Shown here piece after piece: positions 63,171 to 64,000 of a stretch of DNA of 64,000 nucleotides. Source of the stretch: an uncultured delta proteobacterium (GTDB lineage Bacteria; Desulfobacterota; Syntrophia; Syntrophales; CAMTWB01); the NCBI GenBank assembly GCA_947085375.1, contig CAMTWB010000005.1, forward strand, positions 1,023 to 65,022. Reading direction: 5' to 3'. The position numbers and the translations under genes are program-made. Under the pieces are notes generated by a model. The model worked only from the letters and a program-made list of their open reading frames with translations, was not told the DNA's origin and did no database searches. Position 1 is the first letter of the stretch. Each line of letters begins with the position of its first letter.

Positions 63171-63794
63171 ATGGTTAGAAAAATAGACAAGGACGAGGGA
63201 AAAAAGCCCAAGACAACTTTGGCGGAAGAAAACGGGGAAGAAAGCCTGGGAGATGAACCTGGCCAGGATAGAGTGGAACTCAGCAACCGGGAAGAGCTTA
63301 TTGAAAGATTAAAGGAAGCCGAAAAGAAGGCTTACGAGAATCACGAAAAATATCTCCGGGCAATGGCGGATATTGAGAACTACCGGAAAAGGTCAGAAAA
63401 GGAAAAAAGCGAGATTCGTAGATTTGGCAATGAAGATATCATTCGGGATGTGGTGCCTCTAATCGACGCTTTAAATCGGGCAATCGGCCACGCCTCGGAC
63501 CAAGCCTCGGGGCCAAACGCGACAGAGGCATTAATAAGCGGCCTGAAGCTTGTTCAGGAACAGCTTGTCTGCTGTCTGAGGAAACATGGCTTGGAGGAAA
63601 TCAAGGCTTTGGGGAAAGAATTTGATCCCCATGTTCACGAAGCGCTGATTCATACGGAAAGCGACCAGCACAAACAAAACGAGATAATTGACGAATACGA
63701 GAAGGGTTACCTTCTGCACGGAAGATTATTGAAACCCGCCCGGGTTTCGGTCTGCAAATGCACGAAAAATCATGGTGGCAGCGATAACGCTTAG
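63171..63794 (+). CDS. grpE: Nucleotide exchange factor GrpE
   Basis: YLRAMADIENYRKR motif. Immediately upstream of dnaK. Confidence 0.9.
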   Translation: MVRKIDKDEGKKPKTTLAEENGEESLGDEPGQDRVELSNREELIERLKEAEKKAYENHEKYLRAMADIENYRKRSEKEKSEIRRFGNEDIIRDVVPLIDALNRAIGHASDQASGPNATEALISGLKLVQEQLVCCLRKHGLEEIKALGKEFDPHVHEALIHTESDQHKQNEIIDEYEKGYLLHGRLLKPARVSVCKCTKNHGGSDNA

Positions 63795-63831
63795 AAGAAC
63801 AAATAATTACAACTATTGAATTACAAGCTAA

Positions 63832-64000
<169 letters not shown>

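Overview
All calls were made by eye from the ORF track and the raw sequence; no searches were run. The window is a 64-kb chromosomal segment. Its gene content suggests a strictly anaerobic Desulfobacterota (deltaproteobacterial, Syntrophales-like) genome; this is an inference from an hdr-flx redox cluster, Liv-type ABC uptake genes with CoA ligases, TolQRAB and many Fe-S/flavin proteins. I recognise about 57 protein genes. They include an ABC transporter/CoA-ligase operon (1-8764), mutM, dusB, two CNNM/CorC paralogs, purD-purH, tsaC, mpg, def and a large sensor diguanylate cyclase. They also include bioBFAD, tolQRAB, rmuC, a GlcD/GlcF-like pair, hdrCB-hdrA-flxDCBA plus a thiolase, and gmhA-grpE-dnaK. 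There are two small toxin-antitoxin pairs (MazF/RHH; DUF4258/DUF2283) and two gene remnants (amidohydrolase, S8 protease). I saw no rRNA, tRNA or CRISPR array. The most unusual content is non-coding. (1) A dense family of about 160-220 bp nested-palindrome MITE-like elements has at least 8 full copies plus fragments. Three copies carry perfect 9-10 bp target-site duplications. Removing them in silico restores tight or overlapping gene junctions (nucleotidyltransferase|dusB, bioF|bioA, tolQ|tolR). (2) A second inverted-repeat element family has one copy expanded by a 48-bp tandem array. (3) A composite junction element has a 31-bp terminal motif that brackets the DUF4258/DUF2283 pair like a cassette and marks the truncation point of the S8 protease fragment. 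No transposase or integrase is present in the window. Whether these elements are already catalogued cannot be judged without database searches.
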